The position numbers and the translations under genes are program-made. The notes under the pieces are model-generated. The model saw only the letters and a list, made by a program, of their open reading frames with translations, ran no database searches and was not told where the DNA came from. Shown here piece by piece: positions 46,567-59,661 of a stretch of 64,000 nt of DNA. Within the stretch, counting starts at the first letter, position 1, and the number at the start of each line of letters is the position of its first letter. Source of the DNA: the human T2T-CHM13v2.0 reference genome, Homo sapiens; the NCBI RefSeq assembly GCF_009914755.1, contig NC_060941.1; one strand, given 5' to 3'.

Positions 46567-48220
46567 TGAGGCTTACATTCTAGTGGGAAATAATGCATGT
46601 AAAGCTCTCAGAACTGTGCTCTATGAATGCTGGCTAGAAGGGTGACTATGGCTGTACAGTGACATGGCTTATGGATATAGGTTCTTACCTCCATAGCCTC
46701 TTCAATGGGAGAAGATGTACACATGGCTGGACACATCTCCATGAAATTGATCTATGGTGAGACTGAACCTGCTCCACTCTTTCATGAGGCTGGAATTCTT
46801 TGCACATGTGTGTGCGTGCATGTGTGTTTTGGAAATGGGTGGGTGTGGGTGAATGTTGGGCCTTTTCAACCTGACATTCAGTGGTCAGGTGTCAACCTCA
46901 TCTTTCCTTGTACAACTTATTGCACTGTCTTATGCCTTTGCCTTCCATAGTCTGCTTTTGCTCACCCTGTTCCCTCCTCCCAGACTGCTTTCTTCCTGTC
47001 TCTGCAAACTCTACCCATCCTTCAAGGTCTTCCTTCATGAAGCTGTCCCTGAACCTCTCCACTGGGAGAAATCCCTCCCTTCACTCTCCATCTTCCTCCT
47101 CTCTTACGCTTGTGTCCCTTCCTTCCCATTCCCTTGATCTGTTTCTGTTCCCCTGCTGAACCATGGACTCCTTCAGGACTAGATCCTGTTCTGTCCATCT
47201 CTGTGCCCTTTGCACTGCATTGCTTTACTTGAAATAGATTCTTAACAAACATTTCTTAGGCAATTAAACAAATGCATGGCTCAGAGGATTTATTTTGAAT
47301 CATCAGACTTTTTCTGGGGTGAGAGATATGAGGCAGGAACCTGGTCTGGAGCAATAATGGCCTTTTTTGCATTGGCTCCTCTGGCTGTGTGCAGATGCTC
47401 CCACTTGTACACCAAAACCTGCCTCTCTGAGCACTTTCACATGCATCCATGAGGCCTGGGTGGTTGTTTTGGGTGTGTATTTGGGGGGGTGGTTACGGTG
47501 GCAGCCCAGTGCCCAGTGATGGATGAGGGGGGTGGAGGTGACTTTCCCAGGGGAAGATTAGCGCCTGGCAGCTATGATTTGTCTCATGCCCTCCTGTCCT
47601 TTTGCTGGGCCCCACTGCAGGGTCATTCATTACAGAGGCTGCTGTCACAGACTGGGGGCAGGGGCTGAGCAATGTGTGCATGTGTGGGGGTGGCAGGCAA
47701 GACCCCTTCCTTAGGAGAGACTCTCATGCCAGAGACCAGAGACCACTCTGACTATGCAGCAGCTCTCTGGAGTTCTGAGAGAAGAGGACCAAGTTGTAAT
47801 TCACCTTCTAAGACATACCACTGACTCAGGAGCAACACTGTGTGATAGGGTGGGGAGGGGCATGTAGTTATTCATTCACTTGGCAAAACATTCTTCTGAG
47901 TGCCCACCAGATCTGTTCTGTCCCTTCCAGGAACTCACGATTGCTGAAGGAAGATGGGCATGTACACAGACAGTGTCAGGAGGGAACAGGGGCTGGTGTG
48001 ACAGGTGCCCTCCAGCCTGGGGCACTTGAAGGCAAGTGAGAAGCCATAGGGGATGGTGGAAAGAGCACTGAACTTGGAGGCTGAAAACTTAGGCTTGGGT
48101 CCTGGCTGCATTACTTACTAGCGTTGTGGCTTTGGGCCAGTCACTTAAAACTTGCTGATGCCTCGGTGCCCACATCTATGAAATGGGGCTGTGTTAAAAG
48201 TGAAAAAGATGTCAACGTGC

Positions 48221-48538
48221 TTATTTATTTATTTATTTATTTATTTATTTTTGAGACAGAGTCTTGCTCTGTCACCCAGGCTGGAATGCAGTGGCGCGAT
48301 CTTGGCTCACTGCAACCTCTGACTCTCTGGTTCAGGTGATTCTCTTGCCTCAGCCTCCCAAGTAGCTGGGATTACAGGCACGTGCCACCACACCCAGATA
48401 ATTTTTGTATCTTTTTTTTTTAGTGGAGACAGGGTTTCACCATGTTGGTGCGGATGGTCTTGATCTCCTGACCTCGTGATCCTCCCGCCTCAGCCTCCCA
48501 AAGTGCTGGGATTACAGGTGTGAGCCACCGCACCCGGC
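48221..48538 (-). mobile_element. Alu, AluSc-like, (TTTA)n tail
   Basis: ggatggtcttgatctcctgacctcgtgat. Confidence 0.94.
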
Positions 48539-49199
48539 ACAATGTGATTTTTTAAACTGGAAGGTACTATATAGGTGGGTGGGATCACTGCTTTGTCAGT
48601 CCTGTTGCAGGGATGGGATGGGGGCAGGGCAGCCAGATGAGATTCTAGAAAAAAAATAGAACCCCTTCCTCCCAATCCCCACATATTTATACAGTCCTCT
48701 GCAGTTTACAATGCACTTTCACACTCTGTATTTCTTGTTCCTTACAACAACTTTGCAAGCCAGGTCAAGGCAGGCATTATTAAATCCCATGTTTTAGGGG
48801 AAGAAGAAGCTCAAAGAGGATAAATGACTTGCCGAGGGTTAGTGAGCCCAGTTAGTGGGTGAGCTAAGGCTGGAATTTGGTTCTTTCTGATACCCAGGCC
48901 TGATGCTGTTTCCCTGCTTCTACACACCAGAGCCCCTCTGTCCCTGCTCTGGTCTGGATGACATTGCTCCCACCCCCCTGGGGCTCCCATCCCATAATGG
49001 ATGCAGTACCTTCCCCAGTCCACGTACCTTCATTATGACAACTCATGACCACTTTTGGTTACAATAATGTCCGAAAGTAGCCATGAGAACAGAGAGAGCA
49101 CTGTAGGTTTAAGAGTGTTCAATGGAAAGAGGAGACCAAGCTGAGATTTCCCAAGGGCTCTCACCCAAAATTGGTAGGCCAGCTGATAAATTAGTATGA

Positions 49200-49470
49200 T
49201 AAGGAGAGAAGGAGAAAACTGAAGAGAGGGGAAGGAAAGAGAAGAAAAGGCAATAAAGAAAGAGATAAAAAGAAAGAAAGGAAGAAAGAAAGAAAAGAAG
49301 GAAAGAAAGAGGAAAGAAGGAAGGGAAAGAAAGAAAAGGAGAAAGAAATGGAAGTTGGGTGAAGAGCATGATGAGGGAGTAAGGGAAAGGTGAAAATAAA
49401 AAAGAGTGGGAGTAAGACAGAAAGGAATCCAGGAGAGATAAGGAAAGAGAGAAAAGGGGAAGGAGGGAGG
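49200..49470. repeat. GA-rich low-complexity tract
   Basis: Direct reading. Confidence 0.9.
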
Positions 49471-50599
49471 CCAAAGAGGCTGGGGAGGGTGCTGGGGGGA
49501 GGGCCAGCTCCACTCTGGCAAGGGGTGCGAGATTGAAGGCTGAATCGCAGCAGGCAGTGAAGGAGAGGAATAAGTCATAAACGCTGCAGGGGCAAAGGTC
49601 AAATATAGACTGATGGCTCCATTGTTTCCCAGCCGGTGAGGAGGACCCTGTTGGGGGCTGCTGAGATGCTTAACCCTTCCCTGCCCAGCCCTTTGATGGT
49701 GAGGCAGGTGTGGGAATGCACAGTGAGAAAAGCACCTGTGTGTCCAGGGTGAGGATTAGGGGGTTAGAGTTGGGATTGGATGGGGGACAGGGTGGGGACT
49801 GGGTCATGGAAGAAGGGACTGAAAAGTCCTCTCCACTTCAACTCACAGGAGGTAGAATAAAATGAAAACGTGCCACCTCTCTTTTTCTAATAGTGGTAGT
49901 CCTCTTTTGCATCTCTGTAGAGATTTCCTAGGGAAGAAGGAAGTTCTTGGGAAATGATTGAGTAACACCTATCAACAACAATAATAAATAGTATTAACAA
50001 TATAAATAAATGTTTACTAAAGAATAAAATGAAATTCATATTAATTTTTATTAACCATTAATATATGCTATTATTGTGCAGTGCTTATGGGTTTGAAAAT
50101 AACTTTGACAAACATGTTATTAAATCTAACAATCCTGTGTGATAGGTATTATCAGCACCATTTTATCAGTGAAGAAATTGATGCTCAGACTTGTCCAAAT
50201 TGTGCCAGTTAGCAGCTTTCTGAATCCTAATCCACAGATCTTTGCACTACCCAGAATTTTCCTTGGGCAGTATCATACTCACCATAGAGGAAAAACAGAG
50301 ACTTTCAGGAAGGGTTTGGTTATGAAATGACGCTTGCCGGTCGAGAAAGCCAGATGTAGTTGGTTAGAGAGGGGATGAGAGGATGATGTCCGTCTGTGGG
50401 ATAGGTCTTCAGAACCACGGACAGTTCTCAGACCACCGTTTCCACATCCCCTCTTCGCCAGACTATGAAGCCTTGGGTGGGTGGGGAGGTGGTGCGGGGG
50501 AAATATCACCAGACTCCTTGAGCCCTCCCGAGGGGAGAGCTGGGGGGCTGGAGGATGGGATGTCTACTCCTCGTGGGCTGTAACTCCACCCCCCACCCC

Positions 50600-50980
50600 A
50601 TGATGTATAGACTGACAAAGGACTTAATGCTGTGAATACATAAAGCGGCAGAGGCCTGGGCAGTGGAGGGTGACAGCTGCCCTTTAATGCTTGGCTTTTT
50701 AAAGATCATGGTAGAGTTCAGAAAGTATAGTCATGAGGTTTAATGATTTAATGGGGACGACTGGGGAGCAAAAATAGTTACTGCGCCCTGGGGAAAAGTG
50801 ACTCCTCATACATATTACGTTAGCCTAATGGCCTATAACGCCCTCCCCCCGTGCCCATGGGGGGAGTCACGCTACATAGCCGCTGTAATACCGAATGGCC
50901 TGATTAAATGCATATTAAACAATACTAAATTGGGAAAAAAAAGGCGGAGGCTGCTAAATGTATTTATTCTGTGAGGGGAA
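50600..50980. promoter_or_regulatory. Candidate enhancer / conserved non-coding-like block
   Basis: MEIS-type TGACAG at 50671, several TAATG(G)/ATTA cores, SOX-like AACAAT; TE-free. Confidence 0.55.
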
Positions 50981-51636
50981 GATATGACTCCTCCTCTAGC
51001 ATTGGATGGAAGAAGTCCTCCTGCCTAGCTGGTTCCCCAAAAGATGTGGTGTCCCAGTGAGATTCAGAGGGAGGTAGGAACCTCATTTCTTTGGGAAGAA
51101 CTTATGGGGGAAGGCACCTCCAAAATTGAAGGGAAATGCTATACAACCAAGGATCTGGAATGCCAGGAGTAAGAAGGGTCCACAAGATCTACTGTCCCAA
51201 GAGGCCGCAGGGATTCTCAGCTTCGAGTTCTGTCCACAGATATGTGGTTTGAGTCTAATCAGTCATTTTTGAGAGGCTGCTTTTCCGTAAAATCAGGGGC
51301 TACTTTTGGATTCTTGGGTCCAGTGTACTGTTCTCCTTAGCTGTAAACCACTCCCCTCCCTCAACATGGTCCTGGTCATCAGTTTCTAAGATCACTGATG
51401 AGGCTAGAGTGAGAATGAAGCCTTAGTTCCTCAATGCACCTGGATTCTATAGACCATGAATACATGCTAGAATCACCTTGGTAGGTTTTTAAACTACCAG
51501 TGTCTGGATTATTCTCCCCAAGAGATTCTGATTCACTTGGCTTGGTGTGCCTCCCAGGTGTTGGTATTTTTTAAAAGCTACCCAGGCGAGTCCAATGTGC
51601 ATCCAAAGTTGAGAATCGCTTTAGTAGAGTGTCAGA

Positions 51637-51744
51637 GCTGGGAGAGACTTCGGAAAGCACCCAGTTTAAGATCTTTATTTCAGAGATGAGGCTGGGAGAG
51701 ACTCTGGAAAGCATCCAGTTTAAGGTCTTTATTTCAGAGATGAG
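51637..51744 (+). repeat. 54-bp tandem duplication at the edge of a MIR-like element
   Basis: 51637-51690 vs 51691-51744. Confidence 0.93.
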
Positions 51745-52097
51745 GAGTTGAGGCTCAGAGAGGCCATTGACTTCTCCAAGATCCATAGAGATGGACTGGA
51801 CTCTTGACTCTCAGCCCTGTTTCCTTTCCATTGCACTCCTTCCTTTTTTATGGTAGAATGGACAAGGTCAGATCAGAACCAGTGACTATGAAACATCAGA
51901 ATCCTGGCTCTGCAGCTCCCTGTCTCAGACCCAGGCAGACCCAAGATAGCATTTTTTTCCCCTGAACTTAGGTAAGAGGGATTCTTTGGTCACTCAGCTC
52001 TGTCTGAGATGTCAACATGTGGTTTTCTGACCCCAAGAACCTTCCAGACCACCTCTCTGGCCCCTAATCCCCTAGGCCTTGGCTGACCTATGGTCTC

Positions 52098-52360
52098 ACA
52101 TAGTGAAACTTTTTAAGAGCATGGGCTCTGGAGCCAAGCTACGTGGATTTAAAGCTTAGACCTGCCACTTATTACCAGTATAACTTTGGGGAAGTTAGTT
52201 AACACCTATGCGCTTCAGTTTTCCTATTTGTAAAAGGGAGATAATAACAGCACTCACCTCATAAGACTGATGTGAGGATGAAATGAGTTAATACATGTAA
52301 AAGTACATAGAACAGTGTCTAACATGTAGTAATTGCCATGTAAGTGATAACTATTGTTGA
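52098..52360 (+). mobile_element. MIR SINE, near full length
   Basis: taagagcatgggctctggagcc...cagttttcctatttgtaaaagggagataataa...atgagttaatacatgtaaa...agaacagtgtct. Confidence 0.9.
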
Positions 52361-53899
52361 TTTAACGTTTTAAACGTGCCTCCCTATCGAAGATTGAAAT
52401 GCATTAAGTTTTTCATATATTTATATTTGCCTTCCACCTCCAAAACCCTTAAGGATAGATTCTAGGGCCCACACTTCAGAGATTTTGGCTCTCTCAGATC
52501 CTGAATGGCTTCAGGTTCTAGTCAGGATCCAGGTAAGTTCTTCAGACATTGCCTTCCACAAAGTGGAGGAGAAAAACCCTTCCAAAGCTTGGATAGGGAG
52601 AGAGTAAGGAGGACAGGAACACGGCTATGTAGAAGCTCAGCTCCAGGCAGAGTGCTAAGATGAAGGTTCTACCTGTCCTCTGGGCATGTTTGAAATGCTT
52701 AAAGATACCTAAGTGGGTGGTAATGGCTGCTAGACCCAAAAAAGCCCACTGGCAAGTGAAATTAAACAGAAAGGAGTCCTGCTTCTGGTTTCCTTGTGGG
52801 AATAGTGGTGGCCCATGAGTGTCCATTCACCTTTTTACATACTCCACAGCCTGATTTCATTGAGACACAATCTGATTTCCAAACTGAGCTTCCTGTTTGC
52901 TTAGCCACTGACTGGGATGCAGTGGGACAGGCCCCCAAACCATCCAAGGCATGGGCCGCAGTCCACAGTACTCTTCCCTGTTTCTGGCAAGCACCTGTCC
53001 ATATGTCATGAGGAGAATGAGACAGGAGTATGGACTTCAAGGAGGCACCATCTTCTCACACTAGTTTCTGAATTTTTAGATGCTTTTAGTATAGAACTTT
53101 TAGTATAGGACTGTGCAAGAGTAGCCTTCCTAACATCATTGCCAATGACTACCCTTCCCAAGCCTTCTATCCTGGAACACAGCCCTACCGTCCCCAATTC
53201 ATGTTGCTCCTTTTGACACTCCTGTCTTGGCTCATCCTGCTTTCTTCATCCGAATTGCCTTTCTCCATTATTCCATGTCCAACTTCTGCCCATCCTTCAA
53301 AACCCAGGTTAAAAGCCATCATCTCTAGCAAGTGTCCTCTGATTCACCCAATGGAATGGTCTCTCTCTGTCTTGAGCACTTTACAGTTTTCATATTTCCC
53401 TCCCTCATTGACCTGATCACAAACAGCCTTGCACCACCATTACCTGGACTCCCCATGGCTCAACCACTAGACTCTAAGCTTCGGAAGGGTATGGGCCCTT
53501 GTGTAACCAATCTGCATGTGCCCCACACTCTACAGTCTAACACCAGGCTTGTGCAGAGTTGGCGTGTATTGTTGAACAGATGGTAGAGGGTTGAGTGAAT
53601 GAGTGAGTATCCTCACCTACCCTGAAGATCAAACCTCATTAAGTAAGAAGGTTAAGAGTTAGTCTTCTCTAGACCTAGTCAGAAAGACTTAAAAGGGGTA
53701 GAAGACATCCCCCTAGAGGAGTCAGTGGCAGAACCTCTCAGCTCCAACCCCAGACCATCTGCTTGGAGGAGCAGGGAGAGAAGGAGAACTGTGATTGATT
53801 CCTCCTTTCTGTTCCACCAGATACCCCTCTACACACTCACACACAGCGTCACACACACAGACCTCACTGCCTACTCTCCTCCCTTCCTCCTCCTTCAAC

Positions 53900-54430
53900 T
53901 GCATTTAATATAAATGCCCATTAAAAAAAATTCTCCCCTCCCTGTGACTGCATGGGCCAGACCCTCCCACCCCCAGGTCCCTGACGCTCTTAGATTTTCC
54001 TGCTGCCACGTTCCACCCTGAGCCATGTCTTCTAGTATTTTGCTTTCAAATTGTGTCTCCTGCCATTTGTGCCACATTTAAAATGCTAACAGTACAGAAT
54101 GTCATTTACAGAACCGGGGCGTTTGCTCCGGAAAATTAATTTGACTTATTCCTTCTGCCTGTTCCTATCTCCAGGCCAATATTATGCTACTCATTCTACA
54201 AGAGTAATACTTAATGAATAGGACTATTAATAATGTCAAGGTCCGCAGGGGCCTGGCGGCTAACGGATAGGCGTAGACGGAAGGAACCCATCACCTGACT
54301 CCTGGTTTAATGTCCCATGAAAATATCAGGCACTGCAGTGTAATTATGGAGCAGGGAGAAGCGAGTGGATGACGACCCAGAGTTTCTTAAATATTTTTCA
54401 AATTAGTTGATGCTTTTCCTTTTGGGGGAG
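53900..54430. promoter_or_regulatory. Candidate enhancer / conserved non-coding-like block
   Basis: TE-free, TAAT-rich (AATTAATT, TATTAATA, GTAATTAT), retained CpGs. Confidence 0.55.
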
Positions 54431-54504
54431 GAGGATGTTTATCCCCCCACTCTCACTCCATTTTAGTTCTGGTCTGGAAGAGGAGGTGGACCTATTTTCA
54501 TTAA

Positions 54505-54570
54505 ACACACTCATGCATGCACGCGCATGCACACACACACACACACACACACAGTGAGAGAGAGAGAGAG
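54505..54570. repeat. (CA)n(GA)n microsatellite
   Basis: Direct reading. Confidence 0.93.
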
Positions 54571-55332
54571 AACAATATATAACTCAGAGATGGTAATAGC
54601 TACTCTCACCCCAACATGTTGAGATACTGTGTTGGGTATGAGAAGGGGGAAGTAGACAGCATAGGTTTACATTTAGCAAAAGAGAAAAACACAAAGAAGG
54701 AAAAGAAAAAGTGGAATTTAAAAATCTGATTTACAGAGTATCCCAGTAATCCTCCTTTCTTCCATGCACTTCTTCCTTTCCCAGTGCACATAGAATTACC
54801 AAGGTAACAGGGCTTCTGGAGAAAACAAGAGGTCCTTCATTATCTGCAGCCCCAGCCCTCATCATCCCCTTCCCACAGTCCTGAATACCCAAGGAGAGGA
54901 AGAGTGGCCCTTGCTGTACAGCTTCTTCATTGCTTGAAGCCTGATTCCTTTCAAGCCCTGAGATTATGGCCCTGGGTTGGCCCACATGGCTGCTTTTATA
55001 GGAATGGAGCAGCAGGGTTGGGCAGGAACCATGGGAGAGGGAAGAGGGGAGGGATGGGGGAGGCCAGGACTGGGGGCAAAGGAGTTGGAGTGGGAGTCCT
55101 GTATGTCAGTCTCATCTCATGTGCAGAAAGTGGATAAGGATATCTGCCTTGCAGAATGGTGGTAAAGCCATGAGATAATGGGTGTGAAGGGCTGGGGCTG
55201 GGGCTGGCACACAGAGGGGCTGATAATATTAGTCCCTTTTGTCCAGTTCACAGATGGTGCAATCAGGCTCCACCATAGCAGGAACCAGGCATCTCTTTCT
55301 GGTGCAGAGTTGAACAAAGGATACTTGCCTCT

Positions 55333-56050
55333 CGCCCTGGGTGATGTGTGGGAGCTTCCAGTGTAGTGGGGGAACCTCTGCTCTTGAGGGGCCCTCAGAC
55401 TCCCATGAAGGAGTCATGTTCCTACCTGAGGTTCCCAGTCTTATGGAAGAGACTCAGTTTCTGATCTGAGAGGGGCTTCTGGTCTGGTGCTGGAACCCCT
55501 GTCCTTGGAGGGTTCCCATTCTTATGGAGTAACCACAGTGCCTTCCACCAGGGAGGTCTGCAGTCTTATGAGAGTTCCAACCCCCTGGTCTGAGAAGCAT
55601 TTTAGTTTTATGGGAGAAATCCAGCTTCCAATCAGGGTGGGGGCCTTCTGATCTGGTTGGGGAAACTGGGCCCTTACCCTGCAGAAACTCCAGTCTGATA
55701 GAGGAGACACAGCCTCTGTGTTCTGGAAGGCCTCCCAGTTCGATGGTAGAGAAAAATTCTTGCTCTGTGGGAGCCTAAATATGGAGAGGGATGTATAACA
55801 CTTGGCATAGTAAAATCCCAGTCTAATGGGGGAGACAGAGTCTGTCTTTCAAGAGATTTCAGTCTGTTGAGAGAACAGGGTGGCCTAAAGAAGGCCCATC
55901 TGATGGAAGAAAACAGAGCCTGCCCGTCAGGGAGCTCCCAGACCACTGGGGAAGAGAGACCCCTTGGCCTCAGGGGATGCCAGTGTGATCGGGGAGGGCT
56001 TCTTTGCAGTGGCAGATACCCTGGTCTTATGGTCTTATTGGGAAGACATG
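55333..56050 (+). repeat. Degenerate ~42-bp tandem array B (~17 units)
   Basis: CCCAGTCT(G/T)ATGG-like cores at about 55361, 55398, 55438, 55482, 55519, 55563, 55605, 55651, 55693, 55738, 55779, 55821, 55862, 55898, 55941, 55983, 56024. Confidence 0.78.
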
Positions 56051-56199
56051 GTACCCAAGGTGGGGCAGCTTCCACCCTTTACAGGGATGGCAGGGCGAGT
56101 AAAGGCAAGCAGACTGCAGAAACCCCGAAAGAGGGGAGGCACAAACCGTTCAGCTCAGCTGGGTAGAAATCGGCTCAAGCCCATCAGAGTGACAGATAC

Positions 56200-56800
56200 C
56201 CGGGGAGGCTGGGCGTGCCAAGCTGGACCGGTCCGGCCAGGCTGGAAGCCCAGCTGCCTGCTTTTTCTCAGTGCCTGGAGACCACCCGCCTTTTCAGCAC
56301 CACGGTCAGCGGCCTTTTCGCAGGCGCGCGCCCCAGCCCCGCCCCGGGTTGGGCTGGCATCCAGCCTCCGGGCCCTTCTGCGTGTCCCTCGGCCCACCGG
56401 CATCCCGGGCTGGAGGTGTGGGTGGGGCAGGCGACCGGGGTATGAGAGGCGGTGGGGTGCCTCCTCCGCGCGTCTCTGCGAGTATCTGTCTCCCCCATGC
56501 GTCCGCTGCTCCTCATAGAGGCGTCGGGAGAGTGTGTTCGCGACTTTCTCGCACAGCGGCTGCGCCCGCGCCTGACCCTGCCAAGAGAGGGGACACTTCC
56601 TCCACCTCATCCCCTACTCCAGGGTCAGGAAGGGGGTCAAGGCTTCCTCTTGGGGTCAGGTCAGCGAGAGCAGGTCAGATGTCTCTGAAGGCATGGGGAG
56701 GGGGGGGTGTGTGTGCCTGTGCACGCGCCGCGGGTGCGTTTGGGGATGTCGCAGGGAAGAGATCATCTTACTACCATGTCTTCTTGGGGCACTGCAGTAC
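56200..56800. promoter_or_regulatory. CpG island 2
   Basis: GC-rich with dense CpG (GGCGCGCG, CCGCGCG); boundaries approximate. Confidence 0.85.
56293..56313 (+). promoter_or_regulatory. REST/NRSF RE1 (NRSE) site
   Basis: TTCAGCACCACGGTCAGCGGC vs consensus TTCAGCACCACGGACAGCGCC, 19/21. Confidence 0.78.
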
Positions 56801-57209
56801 AGAATGATCAGGAGAGGAAATCTTCCTTCTGGCTCTGGATACCCTGCTCACCGCCTGGGTGAGTCAGGCCTGGGTCTGTAGCTGATCTTGCGTTCCCTTC
56901 CCCAATCCTGAACTGTTTGTGTGACAGTCTGTGCAGGGACATCTGGCTTCTGCAGGGAACCCTGAGGGGCCCATCCCATGCCAGCTGAGGTGGGGAGATC
57001 AGCGGCCCTACAGACATTCTGCCCAGCCCTTCCTCCTTTCTCTCCATCACCTGGTTTGGGCCTCTTAACACCTGAACCCTAACAGATCCAGGTGGTCCAA
57101 CCAGACCCTGCTCATTCCACTCTTTGTACCCCCATCTCCCAGAAGCAAGGTAGAGGGGTGGAATGGCCTAGACACAGAGAGACATCCCATCTCTACCCCC
57201 ACCTCCATC

Positions 57210-57985
57210 CTCATAAAAGGCAAATATGGAATCAGCAAAAAGAAAAAAAGGCCAAATAAAAAGTCATAAAGTCATCCAATTAATAATTATTCTGAGGGAC
57301 TCATCAGAATTCACAGCTGGGCCAAGAAAATGGTGGAAGGAGGGGGTCAGAGAGGACAAACGTGGGGGACGCCTTCTTTTCCCTCACCCTCAGGTGAGAG
57401 TGAAGGCGCCTCCTGCCAAGTTCTCGTTTTCTCATTCGCTTCTTTTTTTTTTTTTTTATGGGGCATCCTGAGTGTAAAAAATATGACTTGCCTTTATGGT
57501 GCTCCAACAGGAATGAAGCTATAAAATTATGAACAGTTTTTATGGCGGCTATTCGGGGGATGCTTTTATATTGATGGTATACAGCCTGAATCTGTCTTTT
57601 TTGCATCCCACCCCCCTTCCCTGGGCAGGGAGGGGAAGTCTGTGTAACTATTTTTCATGCATTTAATATATTAATTATCTGGTAAATGCTCCCCAGGCTG
57701 TGCTCGGGACATTGGAGAGTGACAGGTTCTCAGCGAGCCTCCGAAGGCAGCGCATCAGCCTGCAGTGTATTATGTCGGCGAGGTCAGGGTGGGGTTAATG
57801 TAACTTTTTATTTGCTGATTTTTCATAGGCGGGAGCAAAGCCGGGATGGAGGGAGGGAGAGAGAAGGAGGGAGAGAGATAGGAGTGGGGGGAGGAGAAGG
57901 TGCCACAAGAGCAGAGATAATGGTGAGGCAGATCTCTCCACCCCCAATTCACCTCTGTCAATGCCAGGAGGTTTGATTAAGTAGG
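57210..57985. promoter_or_regulatory. Candidate CDX/posterior-HOX enhancer block
   Basis: GTCATAAA 57263; TTTATGG at 57455, 57493, 57539; TGACAG near 57720; TE-free. Confidence 0.55.
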
Positions 57986-59152
57986 AAAGGAGCAGTGGCC
58001 TCTCCTACTGGCTCTGGCACCCAAAGCCACACACTCCTGGTGACACTCTTGGGCATGAGACTTTCCCTTGCTGCATATTGCGCCCTTGAATGCAGGCACA
58101 GTGTCACCTTCCAACTCCTTCTCACTTGCTGAAACTGAAACCCCGGCTCTCGGGTCTGGAAGAAAAACTATAAGATTACCGCGGGAGTGTCTGACCAGCT
58201 TCCCTTTGTATACTCCCAGATAGGTGCTTACACACAGCCACGTGGACTTGTGCACACACAAGCTGGCTTTGTCACTCGAGTTCACATTGTCCCTCCTGCA
58301 CGACATGTCAGATTCTGGTTCCTCGCCCATTCACAAAGCGCAGCTTCTGGCGATTAAACAAGGGAAGCGATGAACAGGTCTCACTGGCCACAGTTTCTCT
58401 TCTCTGTCAATGATACCAAGAGCACTCATGCCTAGAGCCGAGACCCTGTCCACCTTGCAAGAAAGGAAATCTGTCAGCCAACCCATCTCTGTCTGGAAAG
58501 CCTGGGGAGGGGGCTGTTCAGAGGTCCTGATGCCCAGGTCACCACTGGGCCTACGTGTGTGCTCCAAGTCTTGAGAGAATAAAGGCTACTTCTTAGATCA
58601 GACTGGGACCTCTCTGTTCCTGGCCTCTTGCCCCCGCCCTGCCATCTGCCGGCCCCAAGAGGGCAGCACAGGTGGGTCTTTTCTGCTTTGACTGGTTAGT
58701 GATCGTGAATACTTGAGTCCTGGCTCCCTAACGCTTTGAAGCCTTTATTTTGGTTTTTGTATAGAGTTTTTTTTCTTTACTGTAAAAATGTTTAATCATT
58801 CAGAAAAGTAGAGATATTGTTAGCATTATTATTTTAGGATTGGGGTAGACACTTTTGTGTGTTTAGCCAGGAAAATGGCAGCTCCTGCTGAACCAGGAGC
58901 ACAGACCCCTGGGTTCAGGGCCTCAGCTCTGCCTAGACGTACTGTGTGATGCCTCTTTGTTCTTCACCAAAGAAGACAAAGTAGGGGCAGGATACTCCTG
59001 AGGTGCTGCAGACCCACCTACCTTTGCTCACTGAGGACTCAGGAGTGTGCGCCCACGTGCACATGTCCTATCCCCCTCCAACGAGAGAAGTTAGGAGCTT
59101 GAGTTCTAGAAACAGGGTCTTTGCTTTGCCACTTCCTGCTCTGTGACCTTGA

Positions 59153-59661
<509 letters not shown>

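Noticed and set aside
50744-50754. TGATTTAATGG as a PBX-HOX site
   Set aside because: Spacing is off by one from TGATNNAT; kept only as a generic TAATGG core.
55333-56050. CRISPR-like repeat-spacer reading of the ~42-bp arrays
   Set aside because: Eukaryotic context, no identical repeats with unique spacers, no cas genes; whole units are degenerate copies.
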